DNA from: Octopus sinensis
Lineage: Eukaryota
Reading direction: 5' to 3'
Assembly: GCF_006345805.1 (NCBI RefSeq)
Contig: NC_043001.1
Location: 78,430,001 to 78,494,000, forward strand
DNA: 64,000 bases
Shown: positions 1 to 12,917 of the stretch, one piece after another
How the letters are laid out: the number at the start of each line of letters is the position of its first letter
Numbering within the stretch: position 1 is the first letter of the stretch
The notes under the pieces: model-generated
What the model was told of the DNA's origin: nothing
Databases searched by the model: none
The model's input: the letters and a program-made list of their open reading frames with translations, nothing else
Position numbers and translations under genes: made by a program

Positions 1-580
1 AAACATTCAAGGTTTGAATGTGGTATTTCTTTTGTGATAACATATGCACAATTTTATTGCATTTCAATGGGTTCTCATGCACTTCAGTTATATTCTAAGA
101 GTGTACTGCATTACTGAGAGTTCCCCACTTCCGCCTATAATATATTTAGGTTCTACTTACCTGAATTATATGCCTAAATATCTGGAACAAATTATTATCA
201 GTAGAAAGGGCGACATTTTTGGCACCTTTTATCTAATCTCTTTTGTTAAGGCTTAGTAAGCCCTTACGTGTTAAACGATTCCATATTCGTTAGTCATCAG
301 CTGCCATTTTGATTAGGTTGTTAGAATCCTGCATCAATAGGAAAGTTGTAAACCTATTCAAAACCCATTTGACTACCTATCTGCCCGTTATCATTCTGTC
401 TGTACGTCTCTCTATAAGCACACACACATAGACACACACATACATGTATATTTGTTTGCAAGTATATACATATGTATACATGCATATATATATACATAAA
501 TATATATATGAATATACATGCATATATATACATAAATATATATATGAATATATATGTATATATATATATCATATATATAT

Positions 581-632
<52 letters not shown>

Positions 633-1084
633 TATATATATATATATATATCTACATATACATATACATACACACACACATATATCGGCAAATAAATATG
701 ATATTTCATAAATAACCAGTAATTTTTTAAAGATGGTAATAGTTAATTTGGTAACGGTTTGGTGACGAACTAAAACATTTATTATTGTTAGCCATTTAAT
801 CAGAAGTTTGTATATTCTCAACTAGTTAAATAAGAAACTGCTGACTAGTTAAAACAATGACATTCATATTTAAAAAAATGGAAACAGTCACCTCTGAAAT
901 AATGCGCACCTTCAGAAATACATACACACACGTGCGCCCACTCGCCACCCATCTCTCTCTATCTGTCACACACACACACACACACATACACACACACATA
1001 TAAGGCTTGTACGGACATAATTCCGAAAGCTTGCATAATATCCATGTTAACTTACAATTTACATTCTCTATTACAATACGCCAC

Positions 1085-1459
1085 CACATACTTGTTTGGC
1101 AAAAAGAACAAGATGATCAGTCATTGGTTTTCCTGCCTGGGCATAGCCTGGAGGATCTGGTGTCCTCCGACTTCCGTCTGTTCGCTCCAGTGAAGGACAC
1201 CCTTCAGGGACAATGATTTTATGACACAGACATCGCGAAAGTTGCAGTAAAAGTGGGTACGGCAGTGCACCGAACAAAGAGGGTTCTACAGTTGTGTTTA
1301 ATGGTCACACATTGCATCACTTCCGGTGGAGAGAATTTTCAGTCGTGACTTTGTATAGTGAATGAGTTACTCGGGACACAATATGCAATTTCAAGGGGAA
1401 CTGTCACCTAAAAAACAAGTAGTTATGTCTAATTTTGCCTTAACTTTCACAGAACGCTC
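1085..1459 (+). mobile_element. Old mariner transposase 3' remnant
   Basis: Translates to PGHSLEDLVSSDFRLFAPVKDTLQGQ, a degenerate PYSPDLAPSDxxLF motif. A TIR-like end AACTTTCACAGAACGCTC lies at about 1442-1459. Confidence 0.5.
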
Positions 1460-1510
1460 ATATAAATAAAAAAGAAACATATAGATTCATAGATATATTA
1501 ACACATATAT

Positions 1511-1920
1511 TCTTTTACTCTTTTTCTTGTTTCAGTCATTTGACTGCGGCCATGCTGGAGCATCGCCTTTAAGCGTTTTTTAATCGCAAAAACCGACCCC
1601 TGTACATATTCATTGTAAACATACTGCTTATTCTATTGTTCTTTTTTGCCGAACCGCTAGGTTATGGGGAATTAAACACAGCAAAATCGGTTGTCAAGCG
1701 ATGGTGGGGGAAAAACACAGGCACAAAGACAGAGAGACAAACAGACAGACATACACAGATGTACAACAGGCTTCTTTCAGTTTCTGTCTGCCAAATCTAC
1801 TCAAATGGGTGTGGTCGGCCCGAGACTATAGCAAGAGACAATTGCCCAAGTTACCCAGCAGTGGGACTGAAAACGGAACCATTTGGTTAGAAAGTAATCT
1901 TTATACTACAAAGCCAGTGC
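1511..1920 (-). mobile_element. tRNA-derived SINE, working family A
   Basis: Reverse complement of the family seen at 28020-28427: head with B-box GGTTCAGTCCC, body, and tail CAAATGACTGAAACAAG-AAAAGAG. Confidence 0.8.
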
Positions 1921-2844
1921 AATTATTGTGTTGAACACGGCTATAGAACCAGAAACAGGTGTTCACAAATGTTTTCTTAACTACTTTTCTTTAAGAATTT
2001 GGCAGCTTTGGAGAATGCTTGAATTTTAAGATTACCCACTCTTCCGAAATAGAGCTGGACTTAATTTCCATTTAGTAATAATCATACATGAAGTATTTAT
2101 GTTGTATGTTATTTCATATACCTGTATTTGCCTACCCATGTATATATCTATATATATAAAACTCGACTTCTGTGTCTGTGTGTGTATCTGTGTGTGTTTA
2201 TCTGTGTGTTTAACTTACCGGCACATCTTCTCCTAGCCAACAAATCGTAGAACCACCAAAAATGGGTCACTTAAAACTTCGGCGAATGAAAATTGAACTG
2301 CGCTATTTCTGTTCCGAAATTCATCTCGCAAGTGCAAAAATCGATAATGTGTTGTTTAGGCCTTATCCCATGCATGAATAGTGAACTTTACTCAGTCAGT
2401 GTTTGACGTGAACTGTGTTCACCACGCGGGTAAGCATCCGTAAATTGCAAGAAACATAAAAAATCAAGATATGAAAACGAATCGCCGTAAACATTGCAGA
2501 AATTCGGCAAAGAAATGAATTTCGGATGTAGCCTGGAGGGTTTTTCGTATTAATCGTTTGGAACCTTGTGAACCAACCAATTGTTTTCATAACATTTTTA
2601 ACGCTTTGAATTAAATGTGACCATTTTGCGTTGAGTCTGCATTTGAATCACTTTAACCAATTTTAGCAGGCCGGATTTTTGATCATCACGATACATCGCC
2701 AGCGACTCCCTGAAACTCTCCCCTGAAATCCCGTTGAGAATCTCTTTATATAAAACTCAATTGTGTTTATATGTGTGTGTGTCTGTGTGTTTACTTTTGG
2801 ATCTACCAGTTCATTATTAAGGATGGAAAGTAGTGTGTAGCAAA

Positions 2845-4503
2845 TCTATATGTACGAGGGGCGTTCAATAAGTAATGCCCCTGACCCACTTCCCATAGCA
2901 GTAGAGCAACGAAACTTGGCACAGTTATTAGTCTTTTTCTACATGGAAACCACCCAGAGTTATGCATTTCTCCCATCGTTTGATGCAGCTATGGAGACCG
3001 TTTTTGTAGAAGACCCCAGCTTGGTCCTCCAACCACGACTTGACTTCAGAAATCAAGGCTGCATCATCTGGGAGACGCTTTCCTTTGGCTGGGAAGAGGT
3101 GAAAATCAGAGGGTGCAAGGCCAAGAGAGAAGGGGGTATGGGGGAGGAGCTCATAGCCGCACGCCTGTGCTTCTGATCTGGCGGCACACGAGTTGTGGAC
3201 CGGAGTGTTGTCCTGCAGGAGGAGGATGTCTTTGCTGATCTTGCCCCGCCTCTTGATTTTGATAGCTTCTCTTAATTTCCTCAAAAGTGAAGCATAATAG
3301 GCTCCTGTAATTGTGGTACCCTTTGACAGGAAATCTGTCATCACTATTCCGTCCTGGTCCCAGAAGACTGTGAGCATGACCTTGCCAGTGGAGGGCTGCA
3401 CCCTTGCCTTCTTTGGAGGAGGTGATTCACGGTGCTTCCACTGCATTGACTGGGCTTTGGTCTCTGGATCATAGTGATGGACCCAGGTTTCATCCTGTGT
3501 AATCAGTCTTTTGAACAATTTTGACTCATCTTCTTGGCAGATCTCCAAATTCATCCTCGAGCACTCGACACGTTCTTGCTTCTGGAAAGGTTTGAGCAAC
3601 CTGGGAATCCATCTGGCAGACACCTTTTGCATATGCAAATGGTCATGAATGATAGTTTCCACAGACCCGGTACTAATCTTGACCTCATTGGCTATTTAGC
3701 GAATAGTTATGCGTCGATCTTCCAAAATGGCAGCATCAACTTGACGGACAGATGCCTCATCAATGGCAGAAGGGGCCGACCAGATCTGGGAGCTGTTTCC
3801 ACAGAGTTCCAACCATGTTTGAATTCATGATGCCAGCATTGTACAAGGTCATATGATGGGGCATCATCACCATAAGTTACTTTCATTTCATCAAAAGTCT
3901 CCCGTGGTGTGCGTCCTTTCAAATACAAAAACCGGATCACTGCTCGACACTCAACAGGCTCCATTTCACACTTGACTCAGTTCAAACACCTGTAAATCAG
4001 AAACCACAATTAGTTCAGAGCTGTAATTTGCCAGTTAATCTATAGAGATATAAATAATTGCACATGATTTCAGCTAGATCAAACAATTGCAAGTGGGTCA
4101 GGGACATTACTTATTGAACGTCCCTCGTATAAAGCTGAAGTTGTCTGTGTGTGGCAGGTTTGGTAGCCTTCAACTAACACTCTCTCCTTCGGGACCCTGG
4201 AGAGTATTATAATTTAGAGTATTATTGAAGAAGGCTTGCTCTTCATTCTGTAGAAGATAAAATTCAAATCGGACCATGTTAACACCAAAAATTATTTACA
4301 TCAAAAAGGTGCTTTTTTTCTATGAAAATCCCTATTTTTTTACGATTTTTCACTGCTGTGTCACCATTTTTCGATGTATTTCAACTGGAAAAATGTTCAC
4401 AGGAAGAGAATAACAAGTTGCATAATGCAGAATTTTTACTTTTCAAAATATCCAATTCTAACGGGTCGAAACAAACCCAAGAAACACCGGGTGATACTGC
4501 TAG
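2845..4503 (+). mobile_element. Non-autonomous Helitron interrupted by a mariner near its 5' end
   Basis: 5' A|TCTATA at 2845, resuming TAAAGCTGAAGTTGTCTGTG after the mariner. The 3' end has hairpin CCCAAGAAACACCGGG, then GATACTG-CTAG|T at 4500-4504, matching the 3' end of the element at 19334. Confidence 0.7.
2855..4127 (-). mobile_element. Full-length mariner (DD34D) copy 1, transposase disrupted
   Basis: About 36-bp TIRs CGAGGG(G/A)CGTTCAATAAGTAATG, flanked by TA at 2853-54 and 4128-29. ORFs 3707-3964 (MEPVECRAVIRFL) and 2928-3662 (WIPRLL, ITQDETW, LQDN, 34 aa, SDFHLF) are split by a frameshift. Confidence 0.97.
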
Positions 4504-4554
4504 TATATATACATATATACATATGCATGTGCATATATACATGTATATATATAA

Positions 4555-4598
<44 letters not shown>

Positions 4599-4716
4599 GT
4601 ATGCGAATATATGCATGTATATATATAGGTGTATATATGTATATATATATTTGTATATATATGTATATACATGTGTGTGTTTTGTGTGTGTGTGTGTGTG
4701 TATGTGTGTGTGTGTG

Positions 4717-4754
<38 letters not shown>

Positions 4755-5568
4755 GTGTAGATAGATGGATGTATATACTTCAGCAGACTCCCCAGGAAAT
4801 TTTTCTCTTGAAAAAATCTAAATTAATATGATAGCTTATCGTGTGTCCTCGGCTGTCAGAACAGCATCAAAAGAAGCCCGGTTTGACTCGATACGTGGAT
4901 GTTACGGCTCAGTCAACCTAAACAGAAACCTGAGGATTTAAAAAATACGATACAAAAAAATCAATAAAAGAAAAGACGAAAACCATATTCAACGAAACAG
5001 AAACAAAGAGATTTATTATGAAACTGAAAAGAAAGACTTATAAATGGTCATACAAATATCAAAATGAAAGGAATTCTGGAAGTGAAGAATAATTAGAATA
5101 TCTTCTTTTTTAAAAAAATATTCTGGATAAGACTTACAAAAAATCATATGTGGTTCTTCCAAGGATTACAGATATTTGAAACAAATGCAAATATATTTCT
5201 ACAGAGATTAATGATAACATATTGTGAAAGAAGTTATGGGAATATTAAAAGAAATTGAATCATAGAAGAGGATATAAGTGGAAGATATATAGCTTAATGA
5301 AGAGGTTTTACTTATTTATGACTTAGCAAAACTGGCAAGGTATGAAAGCAACTACAAACTGAAAGTTACTGAGCATGGACAATATCTTCTAGAGAAGAGT
5401 ACACATAAAAATCATTGCAGTGTCTCTCTTTGATTGATAACAGAAACCAGACTAAACATACTGTATAATTCGAAAGTCCCGGAAACGTTAATACATACAA
5501 GAGGATGACCGAACTCAGTTAAGAACGGTTTAGATTCTTATTGTAAGCCTGACTTCTTAATTTCTCTG

Positions 5569-5897
<329 letters not shown>

Positions 5898-6564
5898 CAC
5901 ACATCCACACACTTGCACCTGGCACTATATCATGCTTATCTTCACCCATCACCACGCTGCAATCAATATAATTAATTGTCTCATTGACTGCTGTTCATCA
6001 AAGATTTCAGTGGAGATGGTCAGTTGTCATCCTGTTGTTTATAATGACAACCCACTGGACCACCAGGGACAGTTGAGAAAGTGATATTCTGATGACTGAA
6101 TAGGATTAACGTCAAATTCTACAGTTTCTTCCACAATGAATATTTTTTTATATCTTTTACGTAGGTGTATGATATTGTTTGTTGCAAATCATTGATGGGT
6201 GATCACTTTGTTTATAATATGTTGCTGGCAGAAGCGAATCTTAGCTATCACTTCAGTGCGCAGGTGCGCGTGGCTGACGAAGAGCCAACTAGATTGAAAC
6301 TGGGCCAGTCCCACGTTTCTGTCAGCTAATGGAGTGTTAGGGGGGAGTTCGCTCCCCCTGCTAGCAATGTATTGTATATATAGGATGCAGATCGTGCATC
6401 GAAAACCAGTTGGCGGAGAATCTGCCTGAGGTTAAACTAGCAGTAGACTTCACCTGGTACTTCGATGTGGCAACTTGTTCAGTTTTTGTACGCGTTACTA
6501 CTCTATCTCGTCTTGAGATTTTATAACTAGCTAGTACACTATATGTATATATATATATATATAT

Positions 6565-6815
6565 GGAGGCGCGTGGCTTGGAGGTTAGGGTGTCAGCATC
6601 ATGATCGTAAGATTGTGGTTTCGACTCCTGGACCGGGTGACACGTTGTGTTCTTCAGCAAAACACTTCATTTCACGTTGCTCCAGCTCACTCAGCTGGCA
6701 AAAATGGGTAACGCTGCGATGGTCTGGCGTCCCGTCCAGCTAGGGAACACATATGCCATTGAAACCGGGAAACCGGTCCCATGAGCCTGGCTAGGCTTTA
6801 TAAGGCCGCATTTAC
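6565..6815 (+). mobile_element. tRNA-derived SINE, working family B
   Basis: Head GGAGGCGCGTGGCTT-GTGGTTAGGG...GGTTTCGACTCC, core GCTGCGATGGTCTGGCGTCCCGTCCAG, tail GAGCCTGGCTAGGCTTTA. Homologous to 23220-23465. Confidence 0.85.
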
Positions 6816-6828
6816 TTTATATATATAT

Positions 6829-6860
<32 letters not shown>

Positions 6861-7052
6861 TTATCCTTGAGTGTCTCTGTCTCCCGCCATTGTTTGACAA
6901 CTGATCTTGATGCGTTTATGCCAACGTAACTTAGCAGTTCGGCAAAATAAACCAATAGAATAAGAACTAGGGTCAATTTCTTCAACTAAAGCCCCATAAG
7001 ACAGTCCTCCAAAATCATCACAGTCAAATGAATGACAAAAGTAAAAGAGTAA
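6861..7052 (+). mobile_element. SINE family A, 3' half, degenerate
   Basis: TTGACAACTGAT...CGTAACTTAGCAGTTCGGCAAAA...CAGTCAAATGA...AAGTAAAAGAG. Confidence 0.65.
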
Positions 7053-7377
7053 CAGAATATATAATATGTATATGTTTTTATGTATGAACATATATATATA
7101 TATATATATTTATAAAATTAGATAGGGGTTGTAAATTCAACCCTCCATGGGATAATATATATCCAATATACTGCTAGAGAAGTACCCAACAAAACTAATA
7201 CATAAATGTTAAAAATTGCGATGCAATTAATTAATCTACTGTATTATGTGGCCAAGGGTAAAATTATTACCGTAAATTAATAATGCAAAATGAGAAAATG
7301 GACAAACATACCTAAATCAATCATTTAGGTATGTTTCTCCATTTTCTCAGTTTGTATAAAATATACATATACATATT

Positions 7378-7433
<56 letters not shown>

Positions 7434-7818
7434 ATATATATATATAAATATAAATATGTATATGTATATATTTATACAAAATGAGAAAATGGAGAAACAT
7501 ATATATATATATATGTACGCATACATATATATATATGTACCCACATGCACACAGTATGTGCATGTATGAATGTTGCCGTCATAAGAATTTAAAAACTTCC
7601 TTGGAAATGGAAAATGATTCTTTGGGGGTGGGGGGAATATTGGTTCACGAAGCTATAAATAATGACATGTAAATATTGACTTGAAAATTCCTTTTGAATA
7701 GAAAAATTTAACGGCTACTTATGAGATTCGAAACCACATCCTTGGGCTAATTTACATGTTCTTATACATCTTATGGGCTTCGAGAGCTACTCTTCCCCCA
7801 AACAAGTATATATACATA

Positions 7819-7864
<46 letters not shown>

Positions 7865-7870
7865 TATAAT

Positions 7871-8103
7871 AAGGCGGCGAGCTGGCAGAAACGTTAGCAC
7901 GCCGGGCGAAATGCGTAGCCGTATTTCGTCTGTCGTTACGTTCTGAGTTCAAATTCCGCCGAGGTCGACTTTGCCTTTCATCCTTTCGGGGTCGATAAAT
8001 AAAGTACCAGTTTCCAACTGGGGTCGATGTAATCGACTTAATACCATTGTCTGTCCTTGTTTGTCCCCTCTATGTTTAGCCCCTTGTGGGCAGTAAAGAA
8101 ATA
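7871..8103 (+). mobile_element. tRNA-derived SINE, working family D
   Basis: AAGGCGGCGAGCTGGCAGAAACGTTAGC...GAGTTCAAATTCC (B-box)...GGGGTCGAT repeats. Related copies at 14140-14450 and 56177-56372. Confidence 0.85.
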
Positions 8104-8509
8104 TATATATATAGATATATGTATGTATTCGTATGAATGTCCTACAGCCTTTGGGCAGAAACGTATGAAAGAATATATTCACTAACACACGCACACACGC
8201 ACACACTCTCGCACACACATACACACCTGTGTGTATGTTAAAAGATATTCTCAGCTAAATGTTAAAGATAAGAATTGTAATATGATATGAAAACAAAATT
8301 ACAAAGATTAAGGAATGAAAAATTCATATATCATTTAAATGTTAATGTTAGAGCTGAATCACCCATAATATTTGAAAAGAAATCAATACTGATTAGAAAA
8401 AGCAATATATATATAACTACATATATACGTATATATATATATATTATATACATATATATATATATGTATACATGCATATATATACATGTATATATATATA
8501 TATACATGC

Positions 8510-8557
<48 letters not shown>

Positions 8558-8611
8558 GCATGTATATATATATATATAATATATATATATGTATGTATTC
8601 ATATATATGTA

Positions 8612-8663
<52 letters not shown>

Positions 8664-9409
8664 ATATATATAATTGAGGGTAAAATTAATTAATTAATCA
8701 ATTTCACCAAGTATTCAGTATGCATATATATATATATGAGAGAGCGAGAATCAGAAAGTGTATTTCAGCGGGATCTTACTCATATTAAATCATAAATTAC
8801 GTAAATATGATAATACATCACAATTCATATTTATAAGCAACAGTTTTATATAATCCATTGGAATTTATGTAAATTAAAATACTTTAAAATACAATAATTT
8901 ATTCAATGCATTTTACTTTAATCCCTCTCAATATGCAAATGATACTTTCCGGTTACCAATCCTTACCTTGATTTCGTATCTATTTTATCTCTTTTCTTTC
9001 TTTGTTCCTTCAATAGCTTCTCAGAAAAGATTCACGTTAGAAAATAATGTCATACTTCAGTTTGTCTGTTAGCGGCTATATATCTATGTATACGGTGCGC
9101 GTAACATCAATATAATAAGAATTATTGCTTATGTGTGTGTGAGTGTGCATAACGAGCATCCATTTTAGATTAAAAACAACTGTGATATTTGCCAAATACC
9201 AGTATCACGAACTACCCGTAACCTTTTTACAACTGGTGTGCGGTGTCTTTTAATTTTCTATGTTATTACTTATTGCGGTATTTGATGGAGCAAAATATTC
9301 TCATCCTTTTTAGCTTCGAAGTCCCAATATAATTAAAATTCCTTTCGCTGGTATATTAAAAAATATTTTTTTTAAAGCAGTCAAAGGATACATATTAATT
9401 GCCGATTGA

Positions 9410-9880
9410 GCATGCAAATTAATTAATTCTATTCATGAATATTCACTGCAGTTTAAGCATGCATATTAACTGCAGTTTATTCATGCATATTAACTGCATT
9501 TTATGCATGCATATTGACTACAGTTTAAGCATGCAAATTATCTCATTTTGTGCATGCATAGTAACTGAAGTTTAAGTATGCAAATTATTTCATTATACGC
9601 TTGCATATTAACTACATATTAACAGTCTAAGCATTATATCAACTCCATCTTAAATACGTTTATTACTGCTTTTTATGCATTCTTATTTACCACATTTTAA
9701 GCATGCAAATAAACTTATTCTTGTATATCATTCGCAATTTGAATATGCATATTACCTGCCGTCTTAGCATGCTCATTAGCCGTATTTTAGGCATGCAATT
9801 TAAGTGCGCTCTATGCATGCCTATTAGCTACATTTGACGCATACATGCTAACTTCAGTGTAAGCATGTATATGAACTTCA
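9410..9880. repeat. Degenerate 24-bp minisatellite rich in POU/octamer motifs
   Basis: Consecutive units CTGCAGTTTAAGCATGCATATTAA / CTGCAGTTTATTCATGCATATTAA / CTGCATTTTATGCATGCATATTGA / CTACAGTTTAAGCATGCAAATTAT, decaying downstream. Confidence 0.85.
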
Positions 9881-10233
9881 ATCTCAATACGTCTTCTAAC
9901 ATCATATAGATTTGTTAATGTCCTATTGAGCCAAATGAATACTATCGAAAATCTACACCCAATCAACCTATTGAAGAAATCTGAAAATATTCCATAATGT
10001 ACGAAGACGAAATGTATTTTGAGGTTCTCTTATCATAATGCAGGAAAAATGAAATAGATCTTCAGAAAAATAGAATCATTCTTTCGTAAGAAATAAGTAA
10101 TATTATATCGACAATTCGGAGAAAACTGTACACTTAAATAGCTACAAGTGCCTTTCAACAGCATATCCTCTTATACAGGTGATATTACACTTCATTCTTC
10201 CCTATCTTCTCTCAATCATGCATCATTACTTAC

Positions 10234-10477
10234 CCCATGACAAACTCGCGGTGCTTTCATTATCATAAATTTGGGAAGTTTCGGCGGATGAGGATATATA
10301 TACCAATGTCGTTTCTTTCGGAAGCAAAGAGAAACAGATATTGCTTACACTAAGAAATATCATCGCACCAAACTCCCCGTAATCATAAGAGGCACATAGC
10401 TGTTTCCATCCAAGTTGTACAAAATATTGGTTTGAGAATCTTTCCAGGTGAAAGCACTTTCTTAACGTAGAAAACAT
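10234..10477 (-). other. Candidate orphan exon, product unknown
   Basis: An 83-codon open frame in unique sequence ends at a consensus donor GG|GTAAGT (10234/10233). No family motif recognised. Confidence 0.22.
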
Positions 10478-12210
10478 TTCATAACAGGTTTAGAAGGTGC
10501 TCCAGCCCCCCCCCCCATATTTTTGACACCCTACATACTTTAGATGAAGTTGATAATGGAATATTTCTCTCCCTTCGCGAGTGGTGCTACAACTGCTGGT
10601 GCTGCTGCTCTCACACAAGCATACTAAACTATGTCTAGAAAAGTGTGAAATAACTGACATCAAACTATTCTAGATTGTTGCCAAAGATCCTATGTCTTTT
10701 CTCCCTTTCTTTCCATCTCTTTACCTCTCTCTCTGTCTCTCTGCTTTTCCTATTTGTCTTGACGGTTATCGCTTTTCAGTGCTGTTTTGGATTAGGCCGC
10801 CTCTAATTATGTATTCTCAGTGTTCTAATCCCGTCACCCACCTGTCCAGATTCCAAGGCCTCATATAATCAGCTACATACAATCCTTTAATTCCTAAAAC
10901 GCCAACCTTCTCGAGTTCCTTGACTGTGGCTGACTTTAGTACAGGTGCTATATTCAAAATGGTTCAAGATAAACAATAATGGTATTAATCTCATTAGTCT
11001 ACGGGTCAGAAATGAGCGTCTCCGTGGATCAAGTGTACTTCCGTTTCTTCCAGACATAGCAACCAAAGAAAACAAATAAACGCATCTGCGCACTGAGAAA
11101 TTACTTTATTAGAAATATTGACTCATGCTTTAGAACACTCGTAATACAATCTTTCGAATATAAATATATGATATAAAGCATATTTTACATAAGCATAGCT
11201 ATCAACTTGTTACTTTTAGGTATTCAAGAATATATGAATGTAGCAGCTTTGTATGTGAAATTTGTATGTTGACAGCTGCCAGAAGTTACACTTTCTATCA
11301 AGGGCTTCTATAGAAATGTCACTAACTTACGTATTAAATAACGAATATTTATTAGGTGTTTGCAACTTTATATGAATAATCGCCACGAGATTTTCGTCTT
11401 GTCAACAGTATATTGCATGATTTGGATATCACAGTCCAAACACACCCTCGAGTCGTTGAGAAGGTTCATGTCACAAGAAATCTCACAAAGGTTTTACTGT
11501 TATTTATAATATGCTTTTCAGTTTAAAATGTTCGGTTCAAAATTTAATACTTGCTCCAAGTGAAATATTGGATTTGTTTTCTATTCTCAAAATCTATATT
11601 GTTAATTATTTTTTAAACGTTTAAACAAAATAGGTAATAACGATTCCTTTCATCACAAGAACAAGAGAAAAGTTTATTAGATTGAACAAACCGTGGCGTA
11701 TGTTATAAATAATGGCAATAATTTTATTAATTGTGAAAGAATGAAGAGCGAAGATGACCTCCCCAGCTTTGGAATTCAGAACACAAAGGATATGAAATAA
11801 CTTACTGAGCATATTTTAAATCAGTAAGCAGCACTCGAATTAATGAGGATGAAAATGATGGAAGAATAATGAGGAGTAGGGAAGGAAAGATATCGAAAGG
11901 CCCATTAGAGCCGCCAATGCTTTTTATTAATTTGTACGTTATCTATTCAGGGAGGTAAGAAATAAAATCTACTTCATTGAGATTCGAAATCAGAACAGTT
12001 AATTTTGCCGGGAGAGCTGTTTAACTGAATCACCTGTTATATTTTGCTCTCGAATATGCACACTGTAAATTACCCAAATGGGTATATAATACCAAAGTAA
12101 AATCTGAGGACAAATTACATTTAGTATTTGAGTGAAATACTCATGCATTTATAAGGGATTCTAATCATCGGTTAACTATTATGCTAAATCATTCGAAATG
12201 GCAATTGTCC

Positions 12211-12257
<47 letters not shown>

Positions 12258-12265
12258 ACACACAT

Positions 12266-12304
<39 letters not shown>

Positions 12305-12311
12305 AATACAC

Positions 12312-12725
12312 AATAATAACAATAATTCTAGGATGGAATTTATAAATATTTAATACATTGCTACGTACGTTTCCACAAATAACAAAGTTTTGACATCAGT
12401 TGGCATCATTGGGATTAGTACAGTATAGTCCGTATTATCCGTGGGCGTCCGGTTGATTATCATTGATCCATTTCATCAGGTGATAATGCATTAATGAGTG
12501 AATCACAGAGGTTTATCGTTTCTTGCAGTATGAACGCCAATCTATAGAACAAATGATGAAATGAATCAATGATGATTATCAAGCGGATACCAACGGATAA
12601 TACGGACTATATTGTACTAATACGAAGGATGCGGACTCTCATGTCAAAATCATGTGATTTGTGGAAACGTACGTAGCGATGTATTGAATATTTATAAATT
12701 CCATCCTAGAATAATTGCTATTATT
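12312..12725. mobile_element. Long fold-back/MITE-like element with ~165-bp inverted arms
   Basis: 12312-12478 is an imperfect reverse complement of 12553-12725 (e.g. TTCTAGGATGGAATTTATAAATATT vs AATATTTATAAATTCCATCCTAGAA). A half copy lies at 34825-34890. Confidence 0.75.
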
Positions 12726-12860
12726 ATATTTTTCTTGCATTATCTCGGTATAACAAAAAAATGGAAAAAATTAATTCACTAGTCAGTATCATTAGACGGT
12801 AGCCGGCGCAATGAAATAGGAGCTTGATTTGCATATCCCTAACGTCACCATAAACGAATT

Positions 12861-12905
<45 letters not shown>

Positions 12906-12917
12906 AACATACATACC

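Noticed and set aside
354-821. Many 60-250 aa ORFs rich in YI, CV, HT, LSIY or poly-I/L/Y here and throughout the window
   Set aside because: These are translations of TA, CA, GATA and AAT microsatellites, which lack stop codons in most frames.
2147-2830. Helitron-like 5' starts (TCTATATATATAAAACT at 2147, similar at about 2743)
   Set aside because: No hairpin+CTAG 3' end was found, so the element cannot be delimited.
4840-5560. A-rich stretch that looks like an ancient LINE remnant
   Set aside because: No motif could be recovered in any frame.
6565-6640. tRNA-like A/B boxes in SINE heads
   Set aside because: No complete cloverleaf, and they continue into SINE bodies, so they are not called tRNA genes.
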